In this document: positions 48,612 through 58,265 of the stretch, in pieces
How the letters are laid out: each line of letters starts with the position of its first letter
Numbering within the stretch: position 1 is the stretch's first letter
DNA from: a virus
Lineage: Duplodnaviria; Caudoviricetes
Strand: one strand, 5' to 3'
Virus record (IMG/VR): IMGVR_UViG_3300013901_000008
Span: 42,522-106,521 of that record
Length of the DNA: 64,000 bases
Notes under the pieces: generated by a model
What the model was told of the DNA's origin: nothing
The model's input: only the letters and a program-made list of their open reading frames with translations
The model's database searches: none
Made by a program: the position numbers and the translations under genes

Positions 48612-51600
48612 ATGGCAAAGAATATCATAGATGAGGAAATCATGGACTTCACGACTGCATGGAATAACTATAAGGGTAGTCGTGTGCGTCAGTTTATCCA
48701 AAAATCATTGGAAAATGATGCACTTCTCATCAAAGAGATGAGGAACGCAAAAGCCTCCTATATCAATACTTTATCGACCGATACCGCAACAGGACTTGTA
48801 ACGGTTGGTTTGTTTGCAGACGAGGAAGCTTATACGACATGGTTGAAAGACAAGGATAACCATGGTTTTTTACTACTGTCAAGTGCCGAGATACCTATGG
48901 GCAGCGGTGGAGGCTCTGCGGAGTCATCCTACATCGTGAAGCTCACCAACGCTGGTGAAAGGACCATCACGGCGACCAAGAAGAGTGACTTGGTGGCGAA
49001 GATTCGCTTCACCTCACAGCTCTACGACCCATCGGACGGCAGCAAGAGCGACACGAACGAGGAGGCGGACTTGCAGATTGAGACCCGAATGCAAAACTCA
49101 TCCGAGTGGAAGGTGGCAGGGACTATATCAATAGGCTCGCAGCCATCAGACGGTTCGACATACACCGAGGTTGACCTGTCCCCTTATTGCGTGGACGGCA
49201 CTCAGAGCGTGCGCATGATAGCTATCGGCAAGACATCGAACAAGAAGACGCCTTACGTGAACATCACCGTGACGCTCACCAACATTCAGATTACCTATCA
49301 GACGAAGTGGCAGAATCCATTTGAGTACAAGGCTAATTCGGCTACAATCTCCATTCCGCTGAATATCACGGGAACCATCAGCAAGGTGCTGCACTTGAAG
49401 GTTGCTTCTGGCGACGGCACGTATTCTCGTACCTATGATTACAACATCGGTACGGATACCTATACGGAGACACCTTACATAGCGTACATCGACCATCCTA
49501 ACGCCCATGGTCTCTACACTATCGAGGCATGGATTACGTCGGGTGACAGCGTGAGAACGGAATCTGTGTCGCAGACCATTATGTGTACGCTCTCGGGCAA
49601 TACCACCCCACTCTTGGTTGTCAACAACGTGGGTACGTTCCAAAACTGGAGCAGCGTATCGGCTTTTGACTATGCCATATACAACCCGAACACTGATAGC
49701 ACGGACATTTCGTTTGTACTTACCAACTTGGAATCGGAGAATATCATCTATTCCGAGACCATTCAGAATGTGCAGAACGGCGTGATAGGCTCGCTCATCT
49801 TTGACTTGGAGGTGGAGACCGAGGACAACACCAACTTCCCAGCTTCCATGTCGTTCACATCGAACAAGGTGGTGTTGCGAGACCCATTGCGTGTCGTGGT
49901 GGACAATAGCGAGAACTTTGCTCCTACATCGGGTGCTGACTTCTTTCTGAACCCTAAGACCCGAAACAACAGCGAGAGTGCGCCTAACACCATCGTGAAC
50001 GCCATGAATGGACAACAGGTGAAGGCTACCTTCGAGGGACTGTCTTTCATCAGTGACGGTTGGCTCGTGGACGAGAACACCAAGGCTCGCTGCTTGCGTG
50101 TGCTTGATGGAGAGAAAATCAACATCAGCTATGACGCCTATTCGGACGATACTCCATCGCAGGGTCTTTCCATTGAGGTGGACTTTGCCACAAGAAACGT
50201 GACCGACGAGAACGGAACGTTGTTGCAGATGGGTACGCAATCGACCACCGACGATTACTTGGTGGGCTTTTGGCTGAAAGCGCAGGAGAGCTGCTTCATG
50301 ACCATGGAGAAACGTGTGGAAGGCTCGCAGAACTGGATATATTCAAAGGAGACGAGAACGCACGTTGTAATCAACATCGTGCCTAACCTCTACAGCCAAG
50401 GCGTGAACTATGTGCGTGTGTTCATCAACGGCATCATCAGTCGTGAGTTCGTCTATACGGACAGCGACAACTTCTGGCAAGCCGTGAATGGAATCAAGAA
50501 GACTGGCGGAATCGTCATTGCTCCACAAGGTGCGGACATCGATATCTACGCTTTGCGCATTTACAAGAAATCCCTCTCTGCCAATGATATTCGCCAAAAC
50601 CGCCTTTCCTCTTTCGCTACAATCGAGGAGAAGAAGGCATTCAAGAACGAAAACGACATCTTGGGCGAGAGTGGCTTGATTTCGTATGCCAAGGCTTATG
50701 AGAAGTACAATACGTTGCTGTATAAGGGCAGCGTTCCGTCGTTGAAGTCACCAACATCGACCGTCGGCGACATCGTTATCCACAAGGTTGGAGACCCTGC
50801 GCATTCGGGCACATTGTATAATATGACACGCAAGGGACAAGGCTCAACCTCCAAGAAGTATTGGACTTGGAACATTCAGAGTGACTTCAAGGGAGACCCA
50901 GAAACCAATTATTGGGAAGACGAGAACGGCGTGAACCACGGTCAATGCTATCAGAACGCGGACGGATTGCCTATGGCTAAGAAGCTCGTCGATAAGCGCA
51001 ACTGGGCTTCGTCTCCACAGTCTCACAAGATGGGTGCGACCAAGCTCTACAATGACCTTTACCGAGAGGTTGTGGGCAAGAACGAGATTACAAGCCAAGA
51101 GGGTATGGAGAATTGCCGTGTGGCTGTCTATGAAGACCCATTCCTTGTGTTTCAGCAGACGGAGAATGACAGTTATCCTGTATTCATCGGCTTGGGCACT
51201 TTTGGCTCGGGCAAGGCTGACAAGCCTACCTTCGGCTACGACAAGGAGAAGTCGCCTGACATGCTGATGATAGAGGGCTCTGACAACAACCCACGACTTA
51301 CGAAGCATCAAGTGCCTTGGATTCCTGGCGATGTAAACTACGATTCCGAGGAGGAAGGCTATGTGTATGCTGGGACTACTTCATGGGACTACGACATGGG
51401 AAACCAAGACACCATATCACGGTTCATCGAGGCGTTCAACTTCGTGTATTCACTCAGCAACCGTTTGAAACCTTTCAACGGCACGCTTACGCAGTTAAAG
51501 GCATCGAAAGACCTTGACATTAGCTATTGCTATTGGGTAACGAAGGTGGAAAACGGCTCGGCACGCTACGATATGTACCGCTACGACGAAATCAACAAGA

Positions 51601-54542
51601 CATGGGTAGCTGGTGGTATCACCAAGAACGAGGATGGCAGCTATGCCACCTTGAACGTCAAGGACCAGATAGCGAGTCGCCTTGGCTCGGACTTCACCAA
51701 CCATGAGACTTACTTGGAGTGGGACAAGGTGAACGAGGACTTCATAAAGGCTCGCCGTGCGGAGTTTGCCGACAAGGTGGGCAAGTACTTCCACAAGAAG
51801 GACATTCTCTTCTTCATGTGCATGATGAAGTTGCTGGCGGCTTGCGACAACAGAGCGAAAAACACCTACTTCTGGGTGTTCAACTCGACATCCCTCATCC
51901 GTGCGTTTCAAGACGACTTGGATTCCATCTTGCCTTTCGACAACCAGGGAAAGCTGACCAAGCCGTATTGGGTGGAGGAACATGACTTCGACGAGACGCT
52001 TGGTAAGAACTACTGGAACGGCGAGGACAACGTGCTCTACAACTTGATGGAGGAGTGCTTTGTGGCTGACTTGCGCTCCACCATGAAGGAAATCCTCTCT
52101 GCCATGGCGAAGCTGGGCGGTGGCACGGTGGAGGGCTGTTGGGAGAAGTACTTCCTTTCAACCAACAAGTATTTTCCTGCCGTGGCTTACAACGAGTTTG
52201 CGAGAATAGGATATGAGTATGCCCACTACCAGATGGTGAATGGCAACTACAACAACGACACCGACCCTATCACGCAGTCGCTCGGTAGCCAGGAGGAAGG
52301 CGAGAGACAATGGATGAGAGACAGGACTGTCTATATGAGTAGCTACGCCAAGTACGGTGAGTTTGACCCTGCGAGTCCATCGGGAGGAAACATCAACTAC
52401 CGCTCCACCGAGCAGATGGAAGTGAGGTTCGACCTAACGATGGCGATGTGGCTCTACCCTGTCGTGACCATCGGACAAAGCACCATTCTTGATGGTAAGC
52501 GTGTGAAGGCTGGGGAGCAGGTTTCAGTGTCGGGTGTCACGGACAGCAACACGCAGAACATCGTATGTGGCGTGAACTACATGAGCGACATCGGCACATG
52601 GTACGACAAGCCAGCCAACGAGACCTTTGCTTTCAATGGTAGCCGTGTGAGGAAACTTATAGCAGGTACTGACAACAAGAGTGACATACACTTGAAGGCG
52701 ACCTCCATGACGGTAGGGGCGATGAAGGCTCTTCGCACGATGGACGTGCATAACATTTTCTCCTTGACAGGAACGATTGATGTGTCGAACAACGTAAGGC
52801 TGGAGTCTCTTGACGCTCGTGGAACTTCGCTTACGGGAGTCTCCTTGCCTACACAGGAGTTCTTGAAGTCAGTGAAGCTCCCTTCCACGATGACTAACCT
52901 TACACTCAACGGTCAGCGTGGCTTGACGGAGATTTCCTTGGAGGGATATTCCAATTTGCAAACCGTCTATATCAACCAAGAGACCTGTCCTAACATCAGT
53001 GCGCTCGACATCATCGGGAAAATCAAGGACAGCAAGAACCTCTCCAAGCTCACCATTCTTGGAGTGGATTGGACGGACGTGTCGGCTGACACGCTTTCCT
53101 GGCTGCTCGACAAGCAAGCCAAGCTGACAGGCAGGATTACCCTCTCTGAGAGCGTGAGCGTGGATGCTACCTTGAAGATGCGCATGGTGGGTATGTGGGG
53201 GAAAATCGACGATGAGGATAACAGCCTCTATGTGACCTACACCAAGGTGGGGATAACGAGTGCGTCCTTGAAAGGAAACCGTTACTTTGCATCTGATGGG
53301 AACTATACCTTGAAGCTATCCACTTCCCCATCCAACGGCAACGACATCGTGTATGTGTCATGGAAGATGAGCGACAACGCATTTGCCACCATCGACCAGA
53401 AGACAGGTGTGATTAGTGTTTCTGAGGTTGGTAGCCGTGAGAATGATGACAAGGCGACCGTGACAGTCACACTGCAACTATCCAGCGGCAAGACCTTGGA
53501 GGCTTCAACGGAGATTTATTTCTATGCCTATCAGGTACAGCTGGGCGATTATGTCTTCTCCGATGGAACGTATGGCAATGACCTAAGTCTGTCTGCCTCC
53601 TCTCCTATCGGCATCGTCTTTTATATAGAGCCGAAGAATCGAAAGTGGGCGATGTGCATAGCCTTGTCAGACTACAGCAGTCGTGTGTGGGGATTGTACA
53701 ACTCTTCTGACGCAAACAACGGCATGAGTGGAATCACGCTTGGCGACGACCCCTCCTATAGCGTCTATGACTTGAACAGGCTTCCTAACTTTACGACTGG
53801 CTACAACGTGTCCGATTCCGTGATGCGTGATGAGAGCAACACCGACAATGACGGATTCAAGGACTATGGCACTGCCCTCAACTCTATCAGTGACATCGGG
53901 TTTGATGAGATTACGGATGTCATGTACAATCAAGTTGTGGGAAAGGACAACAAGATTTTTGGCGAGTATCTTGATGCCGTTGGCTTGTCTGTCGGAGATA
54001 AGATAGCGAGAGGACAGCTATACACCTTGTACATCATTGCCCACCGAGACAAGATATTGCAGGACAGCAAGGTGAATTTGCCTGTTCCCAAACGAACTTC
54101 CGAACAGACCTTGGCGCAGAACCTCGCAAGCTGCATATCAGCGGTTATGGCAATCCACAGCAATGCGCAGAAGTACCAACAGTATTATTACCCTGCTGCA
54201 AGCTATTGCAATGCCTACGTGCCTAAAGTTAGGGATGACGAGACCTTGGATGAGCGGTTTGGCGAAGGGCGTTGGTTCTTGCCTTCCATCGGCGAGATGT
54301 CAAGGTTCTCTTGGTATCATAAGCAGGGATATACGGTAGGACAGGCTAACAACATCTTTGCCAAGGCTTATACTATTGATGGTAAGTTCCAGAAACCAAG
54401 CAATAGCTGGTACTGGTCCGCCTCGGAGTATTCCGCTTATTATTCTTGGAATATCGTTCCAGTCAGTGGGCAGGTCCTCAGCGGCTACTACGGCAAGTAT
54501 AGTAGTCTTCTTGTTCGTCCTGTCGCCGCATTTAGGCTGTAG
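48612..54542 (+). CDS. Large tail-associated receptor-binding protein and DGR target (LamG-like, CotH-kinase-like, LRR, Ig-like and C-terminal C-type-lectin-fold domains)
   Basis: 1976 aa; WFLPSIGEM...YWSASE...W...VRPVAAF CLec-type end; the VR is at its 3' end. Confidence 0.85.
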   Translation: MAKNIIDEEIMDFTTAWNNYKGSRVRQFIQKSLENDALLIKEMRNAKASYINTLSTDTATGLVTVGLFADEEAYTTWLKDKDNHGFLLLSSAEIPMGSGGGSAESSYIVKLTNAGERTITATKKSDLVAKIRFTSQLYDPSDGSKSDTNEEADLQIETRMQNSSEWKVAGTISIGSQPSDGSTYTEVDLSPYCVDGTQSVRMIAIGKTSNKKTPYVNITVTLTNIQITYQTKWQNPFEYKANSATISIPLNITGTISKVLHLKVASGDGTYSRTYDYNIGTDTYTETPYIAYIDHPNAHGLYTIEAWITSGDSVRTESVSQTIMCTLSGNTTPLLVVNNVGTFQNWSSVSAFDYAIYNPNTDSTDISFVLTNLESENIIYSETIQNVQNGVIGSLIFDLEVETEDNTNFPASMSFTSNKVVLRDPLRVVVDNSENFAPTSGADFFLNPKTRNNSESAPNTIVNAMNGQQVKATFEGLSFISDGWLVDENTKARCLRVLDGEKINISYDAYSDDTPSQGLSIEVDFATRNVTDENGTLLQMGTQSTTDDYLVGFWLKAQESCFMTMEKRVEGSQNWIYSKETRTHVVINIVPNLYSQGVNYVRVFINGIISREFVYTDSDNFWQAVNGIKKTGGIVIAPQGADIDIYALRIYKKSLSANDIRQNRLSSFATIEEKKAFKNENDILGESGLISYAKAYEKYNTLLYKGSVPSLKSPTSTVGDIVIHKVGDPAHSGTLYNMTRKGQGSTSKKYWTWNIQSDFKGDPETNYWEDENGVNHGQCYQNADGLPMAKKLVDKRNWASSPQSHKMGATKLYNDLYREVVGKNEITSQEGMENCRVAVYEDPFLVFQQTENDSYPVFIGLGTFGSGKADKPTFGYDKEKSPDMLMIEGSDNNPRLTKHQVPWIPGDVNYDSEEEGYVYAGTTSWDYDMGNQDTISRFIEAFNFVYSLSNRLKPFNGTLTQLKASKDLDISYCYWVTKVENGSARYDMYRYDEINKTWVAGGITKNEDGSYATLNVKDQIASRLGSDFTNHETYLEWDKVNEDFIKARRAEFADKVGKYFHKKDILFFMCMMKLLAACDNRAKNTYFWVFNSTSLIRAFQDDLDSILPFDNQGKLTKPYWVEEHDFDETLGKNYWNGEDNVLYNLMEECFVADLRSTMKEILSAMAKLGGGTVEGCWEKYFLSTNKYFPAVAYNEFARIGYEYAHYQMVNGNYNNDTDPITQSLGSQEEGERQWMRDRTVYMSSYAKYGEFDPASPSGGNINYRSTEQMEVRFDLTMAMWLYPVVTIGQSTILDGKRVKAGEQVSVSGVTDSNTQNIVCGVNYMSDIGTWYDKPANETFAFNGSRVRKLIAGTDNKSDIHLKATSMTVGAMKALRTMDVHNIFSLTGTIDVSNNVRLESLDARGTSLTGVSLPTQEFLKSVKLPSTMTNLTLNGQRGLTEISLEGYSNLQTVYINQETCPNISALDIIGKIKDSKNLSKLTILGVDWTDVSADTLSWLLDKQAKLTGRITLSESVSVDATLKMRMVGMWGKIDDEDNSLYVTYTKVGITSASLKGNRYFASDGNYTLKLSTSPSNGNDIVYVSWKMSDNAFATIDQKTGVISVSEVGSRENDDKATVTVTLQLSSGKTLEASTEIYFYAYQVQLGDYVFSDGTYGNDLSLSASSPIGIVFYIEPKNRKWAMCIALSDYSSRVWGLYNSSDANNGMSGITLGDDPSYSVYDLNRLPNFTTGYNVSDSVMRDESNTDNDGFKDYGTALNSISDIGFDEITDVMYNQVVGKDNKIFGEYLDAVGLSVGDKIARGQLYTLYIIAHRDKILQDSKVNLPVPKRTSEQTLAQNLASCISAVMAIHSNAQKYQQYYYPAASYCNAYVPKVRDDETLDERFGEGRWFLPSIGEMSRFSWYHKQGYTVGQANNIFAKAYTIDGKFQKPSNSWYWSASEYSAYYSWNIVPVSGQVLSGYYGKYSSLLVRPVAAFRL
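54418..54529 (+). repeat. DGR variable repeat (VR), 112 bp
   Basis: Matches TR 55291-55399; every substitution falls at a TR adenine; one extra codon. Confidence 0.96.
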
Positions 54543-54580
54543 GCCTAAATCTTTCCCCAAGGGCGGCTTTTCGCCGCCCT
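54530..54580 (+). promoter_or_regulatory. Two DNA hairpins 3' of the VR/IMH
   Basis: ATTTAGGC-tgtag-GCCTAAAT (54530-54550) and AGGGCGGC-ttttc-GCCGCCCT (54560-54580). Confidence 0.8.
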
Positions 54581-54722
54581 AACAACAAGAAACGCAAGCA
54601 AGGAAGGTAATCTCCAAGCGAGCAAGTAAGCAAATAAAAAAGATACAATAAAGAAAAAACGATAAAAAGGTACACTCTCGCTTGGCATCCTTGCGAGAAT
54701 GACGAATTAAAACATTTGAATT

Positions 54723-55196
54723 ATGGCAAAGAGAAGAAGCGCGAGACAATCATCCATTTACAGGAAGTTGGAGCTGTTGCTCTGTGACTTGATGGCTATT
54801 TGCGAGCGCATACCCAAGCATTCGCTTGGATTGCAGGTCGTGGGCAGCCGCATGGTGAACGAGACGATGGAAGCCATGTCGGCCACGGAGTTTGCGCTCA
54901 ACTCTCCAGGTCTTGACCAACGTATTGCCTATATCTCAGCTCTTATCCATTCCATGACCATCGTGAAGTCCGCTTGTAGGGAACTCTACTGGTATTCGAG
55001 GAAGGAGAAATCCGAGCTGGTCGCCCAGGCTGGCGGTGAACTTGTCGTGAGCAAGAAGCCTGACCATGGCAGGGTGATAAGTAATGTGCAATACACCCAC
55101 CTTTTGACCGTGTTCGGGAAGCTGGGCAGGGAGATTGGTGCGTGGCAGAGAGCCGCAATGACAAGAAGAATGGGTCAGACCGCACGTGTTCAGTGA
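54723..55196 (+). CDS. avd: DGR accessory variability determinant (Avd-like four-helix bundle)
   Basis: 157 aa, basic, between VR and TR; IY..L..L...IPK..L..GSRM and LGREIGAW motifs. Confidence 0.82.
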   Translation: MAKRRSARQSSIYRKLELLLCDLMAICERIPKHSLGLQVVGSRMVNETMEAMSATEFALNSPGLDQRIAYISALIHSMTIVKSACRELYWYSRKEKSELVAQAGGELVVSKKPDHGRVISNVQYTHLLTVFGKLGREIGAWQRAAMTRRMGQTARVQ

Positions 55197-55211
55197 TTAC
55201 GATTTCTGGAT

Positions 55212-56636
55212 ATGATGTACTCTTCTGTTTTATTAAATGGTTGCGCCACAAGCGTGGAACCGCTTGTTAAGACCAAGTTAGTGCGCATCGCCGCCTCGGA
55301 GTATTCCGCTAATAATTCTTGGAATATCAATCCAGTCAGTGGGCAGGTCAACAACAACAACAACAAGTATAATAGTAATCTTGTTCGTCCTGTCGCCGCT
55401 CTTGATGACAGAAGAATAGATGGTTGGATGAACGCTTACTTCGCTTGCCTTGCCAACAAGATGTCGAGCGAGCAGTGTACCTTGTATCGTTTGCACGAGG
55501 AGGACTTGATGGAGCTTATATATGAGTGCGAGGAACACAGGTATGTCCCGAGTACGAGCGTCTGCTTCTGCGTGAGGTTTCCCAAGATAAGGGAGATTTT
55601 CGCCGCCGCCTTCCGTGACCGTATCGTACAGCATTGGATAGCCATGAGGATAGAGCCGCTTTTTGAGCAGCGATTCGTTGCGCAAGGCGATGTGTCGTGG
55701 AACTGTAGGAAGAAACGTGGCACCCAGAAGGCTGTCTTGGCTCTGAGACGTGACATCATGGAGCTTAGCGAGAACTATACAAAGGAGGCTTGGGTGGGTC
55801 GCTTCGACATACGCTCGTTCTTTATGAGCATCGACATACGGATATTGGAGCGATACACCGTGGCTTTCGTGAGGAAGTATTACAAGGGCGATGACTTGGA
55901 GACGCTTGTGTATCTGCTGACGGTGACGATAAGACACAGGCCGCAGGACAACTGCGTCAAGCATGGGGACTTGTCCTTGTGGGAGAAGCTACCCAAGCAT
56001 AAGTCTCTCTTCAACGTAGAGCGATTTAGAGGGATGCCCATCGGCAACATCACGTCACAGCTCTTGGCCAACTTCTACCTTTCGTTTCTTGACGGCTACA
56101 TGATGGGGCTATGCGAGGCTCTTGGCGCAAGGTACGAGCGTTTCGTGGATGACTTCGCCGTGGTGTGCCGTCACAAGGGGGATGTGCTGATGCTACGTGA
56201 CAGTGCGGATGCCTTTCTTCGAGAGAGACTGAACATGGAGATGCACCACGACAAGCAGTACATACAGGAGGTGAGGAAAGGCGTGTACTTCGTGGGGGCG
56301 GTCATCAAGATGGACAGGGTCTATACCGCCAACAGGACGGTGGGTGGCTTCTATTCCACCATGCACGACTTGGGGTGTTTTCTTCGCAAGGTAGGGAGGC
56401 GGCGTGTGTTCACGCTCGATGATGCCTATGCCTTGGAGCATTACCTTTCGAGCCTGAACAGCTACATGGGTTTCATGGTGGGCAGAGATACCTATGCGAT
56501 AAGGCGGAGGGCCGTGCGGAAGTGCAAGCCGTTCTTCGATTACCTCTATGTAGTGGGGAGGTACGAGAATTTCAGAATCAGAAATGAATATAGGATTAAT
56601 AACATTTTAAAGGAAAGGGAATATTATGGCAAATGA
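55212..56636 (+). CDS. DGR reverse transcriptase (start uncertain: 55212/55215 or 55428)
   Basis: PKIREIFAAAFRDRIVQH, FDIRSFF.SID, GMPIGNITSQLLAN (DGR-type GxxxSQ) and RFVDDF catalytic motif. Confidence 0.95.
   Translation: MMYSSVLLNGCATSVEPLVKTKLVRIAASEYSANNSWNINPVSGQVNNNNNKYNSNLVRPVAALDDRRIDGWMNAYFACLANKMSSEQCTLYRLHEEDLMELIYECEEHRYVPSTSVCFCVRFPKIREIFAAAFRDRIVQHWIAMRIEPLFEQRFVAQGDVSWNCRKKRGTQKAVLALRRDIMELSENYTKEAWVGRFDIRSFFMSIDIRILERYTVAFVRKYYKGDDLETLVYLLTVTIRHRPQDNCVKHGDLSLWEKLPKHKSLFNVERFRGMPIGNITSQLLANFYLSFLDGYMMGLCEALGARYERFVDDFAVVCRHKGDVLMLRDSADAFLRERLNMEMHHDKQYIQEVRKGVYFVGAVIKMDRVYTANRTVGGFYSTMHDLGCFLRKVGRRRVFTLDDAYALEHYLSSLNSYMGFMVGRDTYAIRRRAVRKCKPFFDYLYVVGRYENFRIRNEYRINNILKEREYYGK
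55291..55399 (+). ncRNA. DGR template repeat (TR), 109 bp
   Basis: AAT/AAC-rich copy of the VR including (AAC)5; diverges after GTCGCCGC (IMH*). Confidence 0.95.
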
Positions 56637-57360
56637 AAATGAGATGAAGACAAGCGAGGTCGAGGACATTCGCATCGAGAACGACCTCGGGAGGAACAAG
56701 GTCTCGGTTGCTGTTGAGAGCGGCGGCAACGATTTCGTCACCTTGGAGACTGGCGTGTGGGATTACGACGCCATTGTCTCTGCCTTGGTGCGAAGCAAGT
56801 ATTCCGTAAGCGACGTGGAAGCCATTGTGCAGAATAAGCTCAATGGTGCGATGGATGCCGATGAGGAATATGCCGAGCTCACGGAATGTCGCAACAAGTG
56901 CAAGGAGCGTGCCGCCTACCTGATGAACCTCGGGGAGAGCCAGCATGGGCTTGTGAGCGAGGAATGGCAGGAGCGATGCAAGGAGACCTTGGAGAAATCC
57001 AAGAAGGAGAAACTCGCAGACATCATTGCCTACGATGCCTCCGACGACGTGAACGGATTCAAGCTCAACGGCATGGTGGTGTGGCTTGACAAGGCTACTC
57101 GTGTGGGATTAATGAACTCCACGACCATCGCCAAGAGTATGGGCAGTGAGACCACCGATTTGTGGCTTGGGGAGAATAAACTGACGGTGGAATGCGACAA
57201 GGCTATCCAGCTACTCTCTGCCTTGGAGATGTATGCCTTGGAGTGTTTTAATGTCACCGCCAAGCACAAGAAGGAGGTGAGCGAGCTGACGACCATCGAA
57301 GAGGTGGAATCCTACGACATCAAGGCAGGCTATCCAGCACAGCTCGAAATGAATGTATAG
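56626..57360 (+). CDS. DUF4376-like tail fibre assembly protein
   Basis: K.EKLA.I.AYD.S..VN.F..WLDK.TR.GL...LE.YA..C..VT..H...V..YD..GYP. Confidence 0.7.
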   Translation: MANENEMKTSEVEDIRIENDLGRNKVSVAVESGGNDFVTLETGVWDYDAIVSALVRSKYSVSDVEAIVQNKLNGAMDADEEYAELTECRNKCKERAAYLMNLGESQHGLVSEEWQERCKETLEKSKKEKLADIIAYDASDDVNGFKLNGMVVWLDKATRVGLMNSTTIAKSMGSETTDLWLGENKLTVECDKAIQLLSALEMYALECFNVTAKHKKEVSELTTIEEVESYDIKAGYPAQLEMNV

Positions 57361-57459
57361 TACCATTTGCGTGACCCCACGAAAATGGTGGTTGTATAAT
57401 CTGGTGTAGGACTTGTGTAGGCCTACACCTCAGTTAAATTTTAGTAAAAATAAAAGATT

Positions 57460-58020
57460 ATGTGGTTATTGAGTATGATTTCATTCCTCCTGTTGGGAGG
57501 CTATTTGGTTTTGTCGGCGATGCGCTTCGGTGTGCCCGACATGGTGAGTGATACCTACTACCAGTTGCAAGGTTGCACAGGTAGCGAAGTAATAGGCGGA
57601 AAGGAGAAATGTAACTACGGTGCGGTGTTCACTGGCATCATGATTCTCGTGGGAGGCTTGATGATGGTGTGTTTATTGGATAGCGGCAGAGGCGTGCAGT
57701 GTCTCGCCTTCCTTGGTTGCGCTGGGCTATGCTTCGTGGGTATTGCCCCAAACTACGTGGATAAGGACACCTATCCGATTCACAAGGGCGGTGCTATCGT
57801 AGCAGCTATTGGCTGCGTGGGATGGTGTCTGTCGGTATGTTGGTGGATGACGCTCATCATCGGTGCGATATATCTCATCTATCTCTTGCTGGTTCAGTCT
57901 GCCAAGTTTGCCGATGGCATTTGGTACATTGGTGATAAGAGAGTGAAAATCCATCCTTGGTACTGGGCTGAGGTGGCAGGATTCCTTGATGTGTTCCTGA
58001 CTTATTGGCTATGCGTATGA
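57460..58020 (+). CDS. Multi-pass membrane protein
   Basis: About five or six hydrophobic segments; P..VSDTYY motif. Confidence 0.75.
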   Translation: MWLLSMISFLLLGGYLVLSAMRFGVPDMVSDTYYQLQGCTGSEVIGGKEKCNYGAVFTGIMILVGGLMMVCLLDSGRGVQCLAFLGCAGLCFVGIAPNYVDKDTYPIHKGGAIVAAIGCVGWCLSVCWWMTLIIGAIYLIYLLLVQSAKFADGIWYIGDKRVKIHPWYWAEVAGFLDVFLTYWLCV

Positions 58021-58259
58021 GAGAGTTTTGGAAAAATCTAATGACATTCAACAAGCGAGACTGCATCGGTCTCGTCTGTTGGTTCTTGGTGGGTGTCGTG
58101 ATTGGTCTTGTTGCAATCCCGCTCATGGTGTGGCGAGAGATATATCAATACGAGAAGTATCATCTCTCAAGGTTCGAGTGGGAAGACGTGGTGAGATATT
58201 CCATCGTGATACTTCTTGGTAGTGTTGTTAATTATTTGATTATTGATTGGATATTATAG
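58017..58259 (+). CDS. Small two-TM membrane protein
   Basis: ATGA overlap with the upstream stop; two hydrophobic helices. Confidence 0.65.
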   Translation: MREFWKNLMTFNKRDCIGLVCWFLVGVVIGLVAIPLMVWREIYQYEKYHLSRFEWEDVVRYSIVILLGSVVNYLIIDWIL

Positions 58260-58265
58260 TGGCTT

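Larger units (their letters stand above)
54418..56636 (+). mobile_element. Diversity-generating retroelement (VR-IMH-hairpins, avd, TR, RT)
   Basis: All canonical components are present and co-oriented. Confidence 0.96.

Noticed and set aside
55212-56636. Group II intron or retron RT
   Set aside because: The GxxxSQ motif, adjacent avd and an adenine-specific TR/VR pair identify a DGR; no maturase/endonuclease domain or msr-msd seen
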